Shown in pieces: positions 61,786 to 64,000 of a stretch of DNA of 64,000 nt (its first letter is position 1; each line of letters starts with the position of its first letter). A program made the position numbers and the translations under genes. The notes below the pieces were generated by a model. The model saw only the letters and a list, made by a program, of their open reading frames with translations. It made no database searches and was not told the origin of the DNA. The stretch comes from Pristiophorus japonicus (lineage: Eukaryota): assembly GCF_044704955.1 (NCBI RefSeq), contig NC_091983.1, positions 199,330,001 to 199,394,000 of the forward strand. The letters run 5' to 3'.

Positions 61786-62620
61786 GGGCCCAAATTTCCC
61801 CAGGAGTTGCTCTGGTCTTTTTTGGAGCAACTTGATTTTTCTGGGAGTATCTTTTTAGTTGCAATTCTGGCCATTTAATTTGCATCAGTGTAAGTGAGTT
61901 AGTTAGGTTTTTTTTTTCAAAAGGGGGCATTACCAGCCACTTGCACCTGTTTTGGCCATTTAAGCAAGATTAGCCAGCTTCAAACTGACTTAGACCAGCG
62001 TAAGTGGGCACTCCTGTACGTTCAGAAAAACCTTGTGGTGACGTAAGAAATCAGTGCAGGCAGCCAGAGGTTCAGGGGAGGAGGGGGGGAACCTTGCAAA
62101 GCACTAAACACCTTCACAACATTAAAGAAGCATAAATACATTTAAAGCACCAAGCACTAAACAAAACAGTACATTTGCACCAAGCACTAAAAGTAATCAG
62201 CAATTAATTAATAAAAAATAGATGGAACCCTGCACCTAAAGCACCAAGACCAAAGTAATATGCAATCAATCAGTAAATAACAAATAAAAAATAGAAGTCC
62301 TACCTTAGGGAACGCAGCAGGCCACCAATGAGGGAGCCCATTCGGCCAGGTGCTTTGGGCCCCTCCCAGACAGCCTGCAGCGCGCACTCAGATTCGGCCT
62401 GCCAAGATCTACTGCACATGCGCGCAGACTCTAGCATGCATGTGCAGAGGTCCCGGCATGGTTTTCAGCGCCAGGACCAGGCTCCACCCCAATCCACGCT
62501 ACACCATCACAGAGGAGAGGCCAGAATCGCGAGGAAGATTTTCGGCACGCTTGGAGGCAGACATAAGCGGCGCACCTCGGGTGAGAACGCCAGAAAAAGG
62601 GGTTGGAGAAATTTGAGCCC
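61786..62620 (-). mobile_element. Non-autonomous Harbinger-type element, closest cargo-free relative of 20404-22067
   Basis: TIR GGGCCCAAATTTC / GAAATTTGAGCCC, flanks ACA/ATA; shares CAAATAAAAAATAxAAGTCCTACC with 21093-21116. Confidence 0.88.
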
Positions 62621-62928
62621 ATAGACTTTACTCACCTGACCAGAGCCTAACACTTTGCCAAAATGTTTACATAGGATTAGAATCTGATTCACTTTGCCCT
62701 GAACTTCACACTATACACTACAATGACACATTCCTATCATACAAATCATTGCACATTTGATTCGATCAAAATGGGGAACAGGTAAGGATGAGGGGAAAAT
62801 ACAAGCACCAGATCTTCAGATGGAGGGGAAGAATCAATCAGGATGCTGGAAGACTGGGTTCAATGTCTGTCTGCACTTCTTGTAGTTACAGGGAATCCTA
62901 AATGCATAAATCTCAGTACAGATTCATA

Positions 62929-63096
62929 GGCCCGGAATTTCCTCGGAGCTCCTGCTCCATCCCATAACTTTGTTGGAAGTGCAACGGAAATCCTATTTAC
63001 TCGTGTAAACAGTGGGGGGGGGGGGGGGGGGGGCTGAACCACACTTGTGGTTTGTACAGCGGCAGAGCAGGAAAAGCTCTGGGGAAATTCTGGTCG
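62929..63096. mobile_element. Short Harbinger-like MITE
   Basis: GGCCCGGAATTTCC / GGAAATTCTGGTC imperfect TIR. Confidence 0.5.
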
Positions 63097-63257
63097 TGGT
63101 TTTGTATTCTGCCAAATGAACAAAAATGCTTATTGATGACTTTTACTGTATATTTCCTCCATTTTTCCCCCCCCATTTGATTTAAAATGAACTTCAAGTT
63201 TTGGAATTTCAAACTATGCCATTGTGGGACAATCTTGGTATAATTTATGTTAAAAAT

Positions 63258-63826
63258 AATCATCGTAGGCAGTCCCTCGAAACGAGGATGACTTGTTTCC
63301 ATGCCAAAAAAGGATGAGTTCACAGGTGTTTCAATGAAGGACCCAAACTACATCCTCAAGGATGGAAGATGCCTGTGCGTGGATTTTCTTTTTAAACATG
63401 TGGTGGCCATTGCACACCAGCCACCACACAGGCTCGACAGAGCTAGGTCTTGGTCCAGTGGCAAGGATTACCCAAGACCACTGAAGACCAGCTCTGCAGT
63501 ATGGGCTGGCCCGTGCTGCCCCTGGGCCCCTGGCCCCAAACTCACGCCTCCCCTGGGCCCCGATCACAACCCTCTACAGTCTCTCGCCGCTCCTTCTCCC
63601 CGACCTCGCTGCTCCTGCTGTATCTGCCCACGCTCCAATCAATCATCGACCTGGACCTTGATGACATTACTCTTCGATGCCCTCGCCCTCCTGTACCAGC
63701 TCACGCTGCTCCCTGGAGTAGTATGCCGTTCCTTTTATGGCCCCAACCTGCCGCTGGTGTTCTCACGCAGGTCGGGGCCTTCACACTGCTCCCAGAGGCC
63801 TCCACGCCGCTCCTTTTATGGCCCCT
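63258..63826 (-). mobile_element. Non-autonomous RTE-tailed element (bipartite SINE-like)
   Basis: ATCATCGTAGGCAGTCCCTCGAAACGAGGATGAC tail; body matches 15828-16480. Confidence 0.8.
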
Positions 63827-64000
63827 CTAATAATACTATTAAGTTAGAGGTAAATTCAAAAAACAGCATAGCTTGCAAATATAGTTTACGATTCAGACAA
63901 AGAGTCTGGAAGAGAACGAAAGTTAAGAGATTCCAGTGAACATTCATAACTACTGAGGTGGGGATGATTCTATTCACATGGCCCAGCATGTGGTTTGCTG

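Noticed and set aside
62628-62700. Minus-strand donor-like site CAG|GTGAGT (also about 19645 and 35128) as additional KIF6 exons
   Set aside because: Upstream translations do not match KIF6; no evidence beyond the motif.
63301-63939. 212-aa ORF
   Set aside because: Antisense reading of an RTE-derived non-coding repeat; the frame is not preserved in sister copies.

Overview
Eukaryotic (vertebrate) DNA, very probably from a shark or other cartilaginous fish, judged from the repeat families and a shark-type MHC class I sequence. The only host coding exon I could find is a 130-bp exon of KIF6 (minus strand, 13534-13663); the rest looks like its giant introns, mostly filled with transposable elements. 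These include many CR1-clade LINEs (one 12.7-kb four-element nest), RTE LINEs and RTE-derived non-autonomous elements, Deu-domain SINEs, Penelope-like remnants and a PIF/Harbinger DNA transposon group. That group has one decayed autonomous copy (30441-34630, convergent Myb/SANT-like and DDE transposase genes) and several non-autonomous elements with related TIRs. The most unusual structure is a three-level nest at 20347-23147. A 5'-inverted (twin-primed) RTE with an 11-bp TSD contains a non-autonomous Harbinger with perfect 16-bp TIRs. That element in turn carries an intronless MHC class I alpha3-TM-cytoplasmic-3'UTR retrocopy ending in a CR1 3' tail. Repeat boundaries were read by eye and are approximate unless a TIR, TSD or splice site is quoted.
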